64,000 bases of DNA from Chlorokybus atmophyticus (GCA_009103225.1 RHPI01003389.1:849162-913161); one strand, 5' to 3'. Counted from the stretch's first letter, positions 1 to 12,527 are shown. Numbers and translations: made by a program. Notes: a model not told the origin generated them from the letters alone.

Positions 1-898
1 CGGCGTGACCCTCGAGTATGGCAGGCACGAAAGCTGTCATGCCAAATACCCTCGCATGCCAGTCCTCCTCGAGCATGCCTACATCCAGCCCCAAGCTTGG
101 GCTACCAACATGAAGACCGCGCGCGACTCAGCCTACTGCTAGCTATTTTGTACTTCATATAACATGTAGCTAGGGCTACTCTATAGACCTCTCTGTAGGA
201 ACCGCGCGTAGCTGATCAGTTGGGAATCCGTTATCAGCTCATGTGCTATATCAAGTCTTAGGGGACTTCCGTAGTAGCATACGGCCTCAATGTGACTGTT
301 GGCTTAGTGCCCGCGTGGCATTGCACAATCATAATTTTACATGTATAAGTAGGAAGTCATGTCACTAGACTTGCTGGTGACACTGTGAGTGAGTACTAAG
401 GGTAAAGACACTGACTTTAGGAGCTTGTGAAGCGACTTGAACTAAAAGCACACCGTCCCGGTTGCCAAAAATTACCTTACTGCGTGAGACACAGTGTATG
501 CTCTGGTGCGCTGCGCTTGTCATTGCTGTGAGCTTGGCGAGGGTGTGTTTGCTGCATCAGTCACAACATAGCATCTCTGAGTTGCTTGTTTATTCACCTC
601 ACTTGACAGTGTAACACATCCACTCATGCAAAGAACTGTGTATACAGCACTACCTATCGTAGTGGCTTGTTGACTGTGTATACTACAGCACAGTAGGTAC
701 AGTAAGGAGGAGAGCGTCACCAGCTCTATTACTGATCAGATCCTCACATAGGTTTATCCCTGAGCCTATGCCTATGTCTGGTTGGTTGTCTTTGTTTGTG
801 TTGCTCTAATGCTGCACGTAGCACCAGCATGCCCACGGCATGGGCACTCGTCTGCAGTGTGTCCGAGACGGCGTGACCCTCGACCATGGCAGGCACGA
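1..898. repeat. Dispersed 30-bp direct repeat (1-30 and 869-898)
   Basis: cggcgtgaccctcgaGTatggcaggcacga at 1-30 versus cggcgtgaccctcgaCCatggcaggcacga at 869-898; 28/30 identical. Confidence 0.85.
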
Positions 899-2155
899 CA
901 GGAAAGAGGCGCAAGTATGATGATCATTATAGACCATGATCAAGTGCCCTTGGCCATGGAGACATGTAGCTGATTGGAAGAGCCCTTTACGGAGCTGATT
1001 TAGATAATGCGAAACACACTAGTGACGTGGGTTGGAGGGCAGGTTGTGCGCTTAACGACGCACTTGCGCTTCCGCACACACATGCCACCTCAACACTAAC
1101 ATGCAGTGGCCATGGCCATTGGCCAATGCGACATTGGCAACTCAGTACGATGCATTCGCTACTTAACTTCATGTAGCGCCGCGCCAACCTTGTTGGAAGT
1201 TGTGGCCTCGCGGTCCCGTGGCCTGTCGTATAATACCGTGGACTCCGTTGTTGTGCCTGATGTAGTACATAAACTCTGCGCGTGTGGCCCGCCCGTCGAG
1301 TAACGACCCGCCCCGTGTATGTGCTCGCATGCACCGCATGCATGCACGCTCCCACGAGAAAGCTCGTGGGAGCGTGCATGCATGTGCATGCGTGCGCGCG
1401 TGTGTGTGAGTGTGCATGCGCTCGCATCACCAACTATCAATATGCAGGTGCGCGTGTGTGCACCTTCAAGTTTGTCCCCTGAGCGGAGACGGTTGCCCCC
1501 GCTTGCGGTATGCTGTTCAGTTCAGCTGGCTCATTCTCCACGCAAGCCACGTATACCCACAACTGCGTGCATCTTGTACTCCCAACATGTCATATGAAGC
1601 AGCAGACATCACACACAGGATGAACAATAGGTTCTTGTTATCTACAGATTACACAACAGACCTGTAAGCTACGCAGGGAGCGCAAGCGCTTACCTAACTC
1701 TAATCAGTGAGGCCCCTGCTTAGAAGCTATACTCTCTCATGCTAATGCTGCTTTATATCTACCAACATCGCTTGCTGCTGGGCGAGAGAGAAGAGGACAG
1801 ACAAGAGAGAGAGAGAGAGTCTGTCACACACACACGTGGGTGTGTGCTTTTGTGCGCGCGCGCACGTGCAGCACGCCGCTGCATGTCCACCTAACCTGCG
1901 CAGTGGTGATCACTACAGGTGATCTGCTTCGACCTTTAATCGGATGCGCGCGTCGGAGGCCACTCGTGGCCACAAAGGCAACGCGTACCCGTGTACGCGT
2001 GCGGATGAACGAACTGAGCAACTATACCCAAATACTATTACCTCAACTACAACTACGTAGAGTAAACGTGTATGAGGACTCTCTTCCTCTTTCAGATGCC
2101 AACCTGATGGCCTGCAAAGAGGTTTGGTCCATAGTTGGAACCCGAAACCCAACAG
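858..2155 (+). other. Candidate orphan or degenerate spliced locus (Cys-rich, no recognised homology)
   Basis: Four stop-free segments bounded by AG/GT: 858-914, 1107-1299, 1448-1663 and 1904-2155. CTAAC branch-like motifs precede the 1107 and 1904 acceptors. The first three join in phase; the fourth does not. Confidence 0.25.
1327..1391. repeat. Perfect inverted repeat/hairpin
   Basis: 1337-1358 catgcatgcacgctcccacgag, loop aaag, 1363-1384 ctcgtgggagcgtgcatgcatg (22/22 complementary). Seven further pairs follow a 3-nt bulge. Confidence 0.95.
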
Positions 2156-2271
2156 GTATGAAGAAACTTTTCTCCGCCCCACGTCTCACAGCGAGTGAGA
2201 CGTGTTGTGCTTGTTGCTTGTTGCTCAAGTGCTTGAAGTGAGTCGAGTTGGACGTGACGTGGTGTGGGCTC

Positions 2272-4184
2272 TCATGCCCACGCGAGCGGCACCTCCGAGA
2301 TAAACTGCTCGATGTCCTCTACACTCATCTCCACCTCCTGCCCGTCTTCCGCGAGGTACGTGCAGTCCACCAACACATCTGTCACCTGTATTGGACACAA
2401 CCGGACCCAAGTGAGTGGTGCTGGTGCGAGGACCCACATGCAGGCAGGCAGGACGCAATGCACGCGTACACACATTCACGCATTGCATGTGCAAACATGC
2501 AATGCGGGCGCCCTCACATGCATGCACACGCTATACATGCCCCACCCACGCACCCACCCACCCACCCCCCCAACACCACCCACACCACCACCCAGACGTC
2601 CCCCNNNNNNNNNNNNNCCACCCACCCACCCACCCACCCACACAGAAAAAGCCACCGTCACCCCAACGCCCGCCCCGACCTCTGCGAGGGTGTGGAGTCC
2701 ACCCCCGCCCCCTACTTTCACCTCCTCACTACTTCTACCCACGGCCACCCCCACCCAGCCACACCCAAACACTCATACCCACCCACATCCACGCCCGCGC
2801 ACACACACACAACCCCAAGTCTCACTTGTTCATGGCCACGCGTGGCAGACCCCGAGTCGATATCCATAGGTGCTCCCTCCTGCTCCGACAGGTGCGTGAG
2901 CTGCAAGTACACGTTGACCGCGGCGGGTCCACGCGCGAAGGGCATGTTGGGTCGGGTCCACACGACTTCCCACTGCAAGTGTTCCATGGAGGCCCAATCC
3001 ACCCTCACACCACACAACCCAACATCATCTCCCTCCCCCGCGTGCACGAGACACGTGACCGCGTGTTGGCGAACGAGGTGGACTGTGATGGTCAGGTTTC
3101 TCCAGCAATTGCATGTTGTGACGGCCATGTGGGTCTCATCCTCGCATATGCGCAACACGTCCTCGTCGTCCTCACTACCAACATGGAGGTAGATGCCGTC
3201 CGAGGCCCACACATCGCCCGACACAACTCGACAAACAAGCGGGACGCCGGAGTGGAAGAGAGTCACCATGCAGGAGACGTCTGATAGTTGGACTGCGCCC
3301 GCTCCTGACCCGTTCTGATGAGACGGAAATGTTGGTTTGTTGGTGAAAGGGCCTCGTGCATGCGTGCGTGCATGCGTAGGTTTGTGTGCGTGTGCTTGTG
3401 CGCGCATGTGTATGTGTACGCGTGTATCTGTGGATCTATGCACCGACGCGCGTGCACACGTATGTGTGTTCGCGCGCGCACGCATGTATGTATTCGTGTG
3501 TGCGAGTATGAGTGGGTGTGCGCGTGCAAGCGTACCTGTGTTGTTGCGTGCTGAAGAGCCCTTGGCTTGCGTGCAAGCTGCCCGTACAGCCGTCGCCAAG
3601 TTGATCCGGTCATGCCCTGCACCTGCCAAAAAGCCAGCATGTTCCCATGGGTTTGTGTTGGCAACGAGCTTTCTGCTCCTTATCGACCTACTTGCTTTGC
3701 ATATTGCCTCCATGTTGCTCATGCCAGATCTAAACCGTGAAGTAAGGATGCCAACTGGTTGTGATTGAATTGTGTGACAAACTTTGCACGTAGTATGAGG
3801 TGATGGTATGGTTGCTCAGCTAAGGGAATGAGGTGATGGCAATGTTGCACAGGTGAGTTGGCAGGGAGTTGTGCATCCTACATGAAACCTCACCTGACAG
3901 GATGCCGGCCATCGTTTCAGACAGATCGCCTGCCAGAGTGCTTCTGTCCTTGCGACTGCACGCCAGAGCGTGCAGACGCCCTGACAGGCGGCCAGGGACC
4001 TGCCATCCAGGTGGGAGAACACCCTCCTGAGGGTGTTCTCGTCCTCCAGGCAAGACGACAAGGCGATTGCAGCAACCTCCTCCACCTGAACAGGAGCAGT
4101 GTCACTCTCCTCGTCCTCCTCGTCCTCGGTGTCCTCCTCCTCCTCCTCCTCCTCCTCGTCCGAGGCCGCCGCCGCTGTGGCCAT
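2272..4184 (-). CDS. F-box protein (plant-type), about 326 aa, 4 exons
   Basis: Exons 4184-3894, 3622-3536, 3314-2826 and 2385-2272 join in phase 0. An acidic N-terminus is followed by the F-box motif LRRVFSHLDGRSLAACQGVCTLWRAVARTEALWQAICLKRWP and then W-R-R-L-Y. A 13-N gap lies in intron 3. Confidence 0.8.
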
Positions 4185-5891
4185 CACGCTGAGGCAAACA
4201 GGGAAAAGGAACTACGCCGCATGCATGGCTTTTGCGGTACGGCAATCATGAAACGCACCCACCGTTAGAAACCGCAACGCCCGTGACTCGCGTTAGCGGT
4301 ACTGCAAAAAAACTCTCGTCATTAGTAATCAGAGCATCACTCCGAGTGCGGTACCGGGCAGGCCGCAAACAAGCTGCGGTACGTCATTAATCGGGGTTCG
4401 CACGTACAGTGTACCCGTTGGGAAGCCTGTCAGCGGCCACAAGACCGGTGGGCCGAGCAGCACAGTCGTCCATGTACGGTGTAAAATGCCTCCTCTAATG
4501 CACCGTACGCTAGAGCTAGGCGAACCGTTCACAGTGTTTGATGCGAACCGCCACTTAATTGATGACCACAAGAGGGTTCATCACTGGTACCTTACTTGCC
4601 TGTTGCCTTATTAGGCTGCCTTGAAGGGACTAGTCCGTACGTACTCGACATGCATGGAGGTGCGCTGTACGGCGTCGAGTGCGAAGCAGATCAGATCAAC
4701 ACATATGTTTGATTTGTCGACATCGTAATCAGTTGCGGAATTGGAACCCGCATGACTCGTCGGCGATCTTCACCTTCTGTCGTCAATGTCGTCATTGCGA
4801 CCTGCAAAATGACGATCGTGATTTGCAAGCATCGCCACCCTGAGGCACACAGTTATCATGCTATTGACAATTGCAGGCATCGCTCTTGCTGTGGCAGATC
4901 CACTGGCAATCGCATTGCTACGGAGAAGAATACGAATTCCAACTTGGGTCACTAAATCACCGGCAATCAAGCTCTGATTCATTCTCTGACTCACACAGTC
5001 ATCCCACGGGGATGATCGCTTGCCATCACACAGCGCTGCTTCACTTATTACTGGTGGCGTCACACACGAGCATGCCGTTTACTTGGTATGTATATGCCGT
5101 TAAACTTACCATGCTTCGTAATGATCTGAGAGTCATGAACCAATCATTCGACATGATTCTTTGTTGCTCGTCAAGTGAGCAGGCGACTTGCCTGGCTGCA
5201 TTGCAGTTGTCTCGCGCTAGAACTGTGCGTACGATGCTGGTGGCGGTCATGCTGGCGATGGGCTGTCTTGCCTCCCGAGTCTAGGTCTAGGCAGTCTGAC
5301 TCTTGTGCATGTTACAGTCTAGTCTCCATGTCTCGGGCTATAACTTTAAGAGGGGTTGACGCTAAAAGTCTGTGCGTACCGGGCCTTAAGTATTGTCTTT
5401 GTAAGTATAGGTGCCCTGTAACCATAAGATCTTAGGGGACGGATGGTTCACCACAAACGTTGGTCGTATGTAATGTTTACTTAGAAGATAAATTTTTCGA
5501 TGAGCTCATGGGTTTAGCAGTGAGTATACTTACAAAGAGGGTTGCACAGCAGCGTCACACAATTGCTGCGTGACGCTGTTGCGCGACCATTGCGCCGCGC
5601 GACGTCACTGTTGCGTGACGCCACTGCCTCAACTACAAGTACACCTATGCTTACAAAGAAAGGTGCGGAATATTATGCACTTGCTCTGCAAATTGCATAA
5701 CTTATACTGATATACATGTAAACATATATATACTTACATGAAGTTAACATATATGCCATGTAAGTATAAGTTTGGGACCAAGTGTATTCTATAAGGAGTA
5801 GACTGTAAAAGTTGTTCACCGGTTCACTCTGACATTTGAAGTCTCGGTATACATATGCACTGACCAAAGCAGATTAAGGTCAATTTGCAGT

Positions 5892-6080
5892 CGTATTGGG
5901 GTAAAAGCGCACATCAATCCCCAACTTGGTGAGGTGGAGGTAACTACCCTATTTGTGCAAATACAACCCGCCTTAACCCCCCCCCGGGGGGGGCCGTATT
6001 GGGGTAAAAGCGCACATCAATGGGGGCGGGGCTTTGTTTGTAAGGGGTGGGGGGTGGGGGTGGGGGTATAATGTATAGGC
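5892..6080. repeat. 27-bp direct repeat flanking a C9G8 palindrome, followed by G-tracts; probable MITE relic
   Basis: cgtattggggtaaaagcgcacatcaat occurs at 5892-5918 and 5995-6021. C9 (5977-5985) abuts G8 (5986-5993). The CCGTATT start resembles the MITE termini at 18348 and 35074. Confidence 0.6.
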
Positions 6081-6517
6081 TGACCAAGTATTGCTGATGC
6101 AAGCTCATATAAGCATGTACATATGGGTGATATTTATTCGGTAGCTGCAACAGTCCGTGCAGGTAATTGACAAGCAATCTCTTTCGCATGATTATGTCAA
6201 TTCGTTAGACAAAAACACCAAACAAGCACGCCAATGTTGTTGTGACTGGTCACAGCACATGCACACAAATGCAAGCATGAAGGCATGCATTACGTGGATG
6301 CAGGACGGCAGGCATCTGCAAAATGCGTGCGCTGAGCAAGATGCATATAGTTGCATCTTGTCCGGATTACACAACAAAAGCACATCATAACTTACTTTGC
6401 AATAATATGCAAGCCAAGCCTGGACATGAGCATGGACTGCTTGTCACTGAATGCCAGCAACTGTTCAGAGAAGTTGTTCGCATGCTTCAGCGCATCACCA
6501 CATCATCATCAATATCA

Positions 6518-8495
6518 TCATCTCCCATAGAGAAAGCGCTCCAGCCATTTGGGTGGCTTGGTAGTCGACAGCTCCAGTTTGTTGAGGATGAGGCCGTACA
6601 GGATGTACAGCAGGAACACATATGACACGCAGTTGACAACCACCTGTTCAACGAGTTGTATTAAGCGTAGATGCGGCATGCAAGCAATGGATGGCGGGAA
6701 AACGCAAGCAACAAACGCAACAGGCATGCGCGTGTACGCACGACACAAGCTCACGTACCGTCCCGCCAACAAAAATGTAAGTCAAGGCGTATGGAGGAGA
6801 GCCCATAGCATTGGTTTTGGCAGCGAGCAATTCCAGCAATGCTGCGGACTGGGCCAAGATCTGCCAACACAGTGCTTACATGAACATAAGAATGAACAGT
6901 GTAACACCGTGGAACAGCCAACAAGCCCAGAAAACTTAACCTCATGCTCACCAAGGCAAGGATGTTCTCCTTAATGAGCCAGGAAGAGATTGCTATCGCA
7001 CCAAACAGCCCCGCTGCGCGTACCTGTTGCACACCATGCTTGTGTGACCAATATTGTTGAAAACCGAAATGGTTGAATTCGATTGCTTGTTTCATGCAGC
7101 TGCATGCCCGTGTGTGGAGGTGTGCTCGTGCATGCGCACGAGTGTGTGAACCACTACCTTTGCATGCAGACTGCATGCAAAGCGCAGGTGTGTTAACAAA
7201 GGAGGAAACACACCAGTGCGTGCTTACCGCTGCAGCGACAGGAACTGCCACATAGATTGGTGCACGCCACCTGTTCGCACATGCACACATTGGTGCTTTG
7301 AACTTCTGTACACACTCAGCTACCTTCTGTTGTGCATGCGCTACTTACCGCCAGAGAGCGCCGAGGGCGAAGGCGGTCATGCCGTGCATGGTTAAGTACT
7401 GCACTGCTCTGATCGGCCCGCCCAACACTGCCAAAAGCAACACTGTAGCAACCTAATGTAAAAACGTTGGATGTTAAAGAATAGCGCGGCAACTGGTAAC
7501 AATGTAGTGACAGTGCTGACAAGGTTAAGGTATTGGCTTCAACAAGAATACAAGACCTTATCTGACCGTTGTTGTGCGTGCGGCTGCAACTCCCCAGCGC
7601 ACGGCAGCGATGACAACAGGAAGTGGAAAGGTCATGCCCAGATAGCTCTGCAACATCAATAAAGTGGATAAGATACCTATGGAAGGCTTGCTACAAGCCA
7701 GTCTTGTAAGCAATGCACTTGCACGGCTGCGCAACTGTATGCAAGTGCTGCACTGGTGTAGGGTACAACACAAGCAAGCGCGTATTGAGTCTTCATCAGA
7801 AGCGAAGTTGCTTGCAAGCTAATGCACGAAGCAACTGCACAACTGGCATGGAACAAGATGATAGAAATGACAGAGCAGTACCTCAAGGCGCAGAGTTGCA
7901 CTGAGAAAGTAAGCCAGCGCTGCTGTGGCAGCGAGCATAGCGGACTCAACCAGTTGGCGTGTCTCGGCCTGCAGCTGGCTGCGGGACTGCCAGCTGTCAT
8001 CGCTTGCTGCTGCTGATGGTGACGACGAGAATGCCCCACTTGCATCCACAGCAGCCGCACAGCAGTAAGTCCTGTCCGGTGGGCCTTTGGCTCTGTAATG
8101 CAGTCGCCCTGACCACAGCCTTTGGAGATTGCTAGCTGCATGCCGCGTAGAGATGTGGCAGTTTGATGACGTCGGTTTTGAGTATGGCTGCCTGGCGTGG
8201 AGGCAAAAGGCAGCATGGCTGCTTGCCCGGCCTGTAGCATGGTTCTGCAACCTCGTGCATGGTGTTGCGCTTGTGCTTGTGCTTGCAACGGCCTGAAAGT
8301 GACAAAGAAAGCATACATTAAAAAACGATTGCTAAGCCGTCAGGACGAAGCTTGTCTGCGCAATGCACGCATGCACAACAGAGACGGCCGGACAATACGT
8401 CGGCAAGCTTTCATGCACATCTCACAGCAGCAGAGCAAAACGGTTCAACAGCAACACACACATACAGACACCATAAAGCCACTCACCTGCGCCAT
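6518..8495 (-). CDS. DUF2232 (YybS-like) multi-pass membrane protein, likely plastid-targeted
   Basis: Spliced exons give TRQLVESAMLAATAALAYFLSATLRLE / SYLGMTFPLPVVIAAVRWGVAAARTTT / VATVLLLAVLGGPIRAVQYLTMHG ... PPKWLERFLYGR*. This matches my recollection of the plant/cyanobacterial DUF2232 pattern. The 9-nt first exon (MAQ) is at 8495-8487. Confidence 0.8.
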
Positions 8496-8672
8496 CGCAC
8501 CTGCCGCCGCCGCCAACCCCACCGCCACCGCCACCACTAGCACAAACTGCCGACTACGGGGCTTGGCTTGGCTTTGTTGCTTGCATAGCTTTGTTGCAAG
8601 CTGTTGTTGTATGTTGTTCCTATCAGCTCAAATTCGTCACGTTGGTTGCGGTAGACGCGTGAGGCGACCACA
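8496..8672. promoter_or_regulatory. Very short bidirectional promoter/5'UTR region
   Basis: Only 177 bp separate the divergent ATGs at 8495 (-) and 8673 (+). Confidence 0.6.
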
Positions 8673-11600
8673 ATGGCGCCTTCAGCTGCGCCTCCTGTGA
8701 GCGTGTTGATGGTGGGCGCTGGGGAGTACACCACTGGTACGTGCGTTCAGCTGTGCTTCTCCCCTCTATGTGTGTGGCATACTTGTGGAGAACTGGCTTT
8801 GCACACAGCCTTTGAGCAGTTGATCAGTACGCATTGCTCTTAGGTAGTGAGTGTTTAAAAAACGCGGATAGCCTTGACTTGTAGCAGTAAAATGACGTGG
8901 CAACAGCATCCTGCCAGTAGTGGTCCATTAGATGTGTGGCTAATCCAGCAGTCGAGTGTCAACTGCTTCAGTAATACTTGGGTGAGACAAACAAGACTTT
9001 CACCTCCTGATCAGTTGTTAATGCACTGTTGCATCGCATGTCTGTGGGCTTGTGGCTCATGTCTCCCCTCTGTCCAATGCCATTGCGTAGGCCAGCAACA
9101 CATGCAGCGACTGGCAACTCATACAGCTAAGCACTGTGTATAGGCTGTTCAGTCTGTAGGCGTGTTTGTGTATGTGCGCAAGTGTGCAGGTTCGCGCGAG
9201 CAGGCGTTCATATGTGTGCACACACACATATGCGCACGCATGCTGCATTGCTGATGTGCAAGCTTGCGCAGGTTACGTCCCCACAGCAGCTGGAACAGCC
9301 ACCGACAAGTCCAAAGGGTTAGCATACACATTGCAGTCAACATTTCCCATGTGACTGTTGTGTTGACTTGAAGTGGTTGCAGAGTGGTGGCCATCACAAT
9401 GCTGGATATGCGTAGACGCGGCAAAGTGGGCCGCCTGGTATGCTTAACACTATATTTGTACTTCAAGTTGTCTCACTCTGCATGGCACAGCAAAGCATGC
9501 AAATGAGGAAACTGTGCCTCAGGTGTTGTGCGACGCAGTTGGCACAAAGTTCGCGGCGGTGCGAGAGTTTATCAAGACGCAAATAACGGACTGTTACAAG
9601 GACATCGACGACAGAATGGAGACTTTGCCAGATGGTAAGAGCTGCTCTTAAGAGAGTTCAATGAAGTAGCGCAGTGCAAAAACTTTGATTACTGCAACGC
9701 GTGTGTGAGTGCGTGCTGGTGTATTGTAGATGATGTTGCATTCGAGCCTACGGCATACCGGAGAGCCATGAAGACTATGAACAAAGGCGACGTCGTCATT
9801 ATCTTCACGCCCGATGACACGCACTTTGACATCACCATGGCTGCCATTGAATACGGTGACTTGATCTCGCTTTGCTGTAACATCATCAAAAGTATATATC
9901 CGTTACATTTGAACCAAATCAAAGTTGTTGCTGCCCAGGGCTGCATGTGATGGTCGCGAAACCCATTGTGAAGACGCTTGCACTGCATAGAGCAGTATGC
10001 GAAGCCGCAAGGTAATGCGCATACAGAGGGACTCTATGCTTTGCACAAGTTGCGAGCGTCTGCGTGTGCGCGCGCCAGTGCGATGTATGTTAATGCGTGT
10101 GCGTGTGCGTGTGCGTGTGCATGTGCATGTGCATGCGTATGTACGCGTGCAAGTGCGCACACGCATGCGCGTGTGTGTGAGAGTAATGTGGTTTACCTCT
10201 CTTGCTTCATGTGTACACTCTCAGGCAAGCAGGCGTGCTCGTATGCGTGGAGTATCACAAGCGGTTCGATCCCATCTACAGTGGTGAGTGAAGTGGCAGC
10301 ATACTATACCTATTGCTACGACAAACTATGTGGCATTGCCTCTTACTTGGCCTTGCACAACAGATGCGCGGGAACGGGTTCAATCCCTCGGGCCCTTCTC
10401 CTTCTTCAGCAGCACCATGACGCAGCGCAAAAGCCAGCTTGACACCTTTGCAGGTACATGGCGTTGTAGTTGCATGAGGTATGTCTAGCTGATGTCTCCA
10501 TGACATCAGCTAGAGAGCAAAACAAGCATTGCAGATCGGTGAGCAATGCACAGGCTGGGCGGGCAAAAGCAGCGACATCTCATATTACCTCAACGCACAC
10601 CACATAGGTGAGGTGCCACTGTGCAGTGGTTATGCACCTAGCGCGTGTGTGTGTGCTCGCACACGTGCGAGCATACACAGACGCGTGTGTACACGTACTA
10701 GCTAGCGTGCGTGCGTGCGCATGCGCGCGCGTGCATGCGTGCGTGCAAAGTATGTACTCAGCAACAGTCACGCAGATGTGCATTGTTGGGCGTGCGGTGG
10801 CTTTGCAAGACCGGTTGCAGTCACTGCCATGGCCAGCACGGGTGTTGCAGACGCCAAGCTGGCACGTGAAGTGGAGGACACCATCACTATCATCGTGAGC
10901 GTCTTTGCGTGTTTTTTGTCAACTTGTGCTCATCACAGCAGATAATGTTGCAACACCATTCACAGGCTCAATGGGAAAACGACAACGGTGCGAAAGGCGT
11001 TGCCACATACATGGCCAGCTGGATCGCGCCTGTTGCGGATTGCCACACACAACAGTATTTCCACTACATGGGCCACAAGGTGACTAATGATGCGAATGAA
11101 GTTGTAAGTGTTGGTCATGTGGTAATGTGACCTAACATGCGTTCAGGGTGAGATTCGTGTGGACCAATCACATCGTGGGTATAGTTTGTCCCTGGATGAG
11201 GGACGGCCGTTCCAAACGCTAAATCCACTTTACATGCGAGTACGTGACAAGTAGAATAAACATCCTTTCTCTCTCTCAAGCATGTTTCTTTTATGAGGCT
11301 GACACTTGTAAACATTCTCTTTGCAGTATACACCGGATCCGGCGGGCAGGTTTGCAGGGCAGTCCGGATACGGCTACAGAAGTTTAGAGGTGTTCCTTGA
11401 TGCTGCCGTTCAGGTACAGGTCTGCTGCTGTTGTCAAGTGTGTACGCATGGTGCGTGTCAATGTTGGTTGCATACCATGGCTTTGCAATCATGTCCTCAT
11501 AAACATCCCCACAACAGTCTGAGCATGTGTACTCACTCAAACAGCGTCTATGTCCCAAACAGGTGAATGCAGGCGAGACCACACCGCAGCAGCTGAGCGT

Positions 11601-11848
11601 GGATGGCATCCTGGCCACTGCAGACAAAACATTATTCCAAACTGCAATCCTTGAGGTACATGTGTGGGTGTGGGTGTGGATGTGGATGTAACAGTATGCC
11701 AGTATTATTCCATCTACAACCACTTTCCGAACTCATACATATTGTTGTGCTACAGGCTGGCAGACGTAGTTTGGATGCTGGCAGCAAACTAGTGACCATT
11801 GTTTATGATGCAGACAGGCAGCCTTGCGAGTTGACTGTGTCACCATGA
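8673..11848 (+). CDS. Gfo/Idh/MocA-family NAD(P)-dependent oxidoreductase (D-galacturonate-reductase-like)
   Basis: All exons join in phase: VSVLMVGAGEYTTGY, IFTPDDTHF, HVMVAKPIVKT, VEYHKRFDPIY, WAGKSSDISYYLNAHH, EDTITII, GEIRVDQSHRGY, GQSGYGYRSLE, TAILEAGRRSLD. Stop at 11846-11848. Confidence 0.85.
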
Positions 11849-12527
11849 TTTGTAGGACCTGATACATGGGCAATCGTGTACATGCATGCACACTACTTTG
11901 CGTACACATCGGGTGCAGCCACAAGAAATATCAGTATGTGCTATACACGATCCACCCCAGGTGTGTGTGCACTTGTGTGTCTGTGTGCATTCATGTCTGC
12001 TGCGGAGGCAGCAGAGACATGAACGCAACAGTCTATCCCACCCGCATGTGTATCACACACACAGCACACAGCACAGTGTATCAGCGTGACAGTGTATCAG
12101 CGTGTGTGTCAGTCACATTATGGCGCGCGAGACAGGTGAGTACACGCAGCTGGTTGTGTGGATTCACAATCAGGCCGATCCTTCGTACGCACATCAATCG
12201 AAAACGACATTCTAGACATCCAACAAGTACGCGTTAAGTCCCATCGCTGTTGGCAGAGAAGTTTAGGCTATGAAGGGTACATGTACTTGGTAGAAGTGAC
12301 ACCTACAGTCGATGCATGTCGCTGCATCTGTTTACGTGAATCGTAATGTGAACATTGCAGCCATCTGCGCAAGTTTTGAGCTATCTAGTTTGTGACATGT
12401 CTTTGGCATCTACCGCCGCCCTCGTCCTATCCCCCCCATCCGCCTTGTCCTGCGCCTCCTCCACCGCCGCAATCGCCGCCGCTGCCGCCCCCTTCGCGAG
12501 GTCAGTCTAGCCTGGTTTCCATCTTGC

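Noticed and set aside
2248-3284. Plus-strand ORFs of 314, 289 and 201 aa
   Set aside because: Antisense shadows of F-box exons plus a CAC-rich intron and an N gap.
3553-3722. MSNMEAICK... as F-box exon 2
   Set aside because: Its phase does not match exon 1. The 87-nt exon 3622-3536 in another frame (VQGMTGSTWRRLYG) fits both neighbours.
4329-5284. Short ORFs upstream of the F-box gene
   Set aside because: No recognisable motif or consistent exon chain; treated as intergenic or possible non-coding.
5435-5455. Peptide GDGWFTT resembling the piggyBac DNWFTS motif
   Set aside because: Only 7 residues, surrounded by stops, with no TTAA-flanked TIRs or other DDE motifs.
10263-10273. GGTTCGATCCC resembling a tRNA T-loop/B-box
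   Set aside because: It lies within the oxidoreductase exon (KRFDP) and has no cloverleaf around it.
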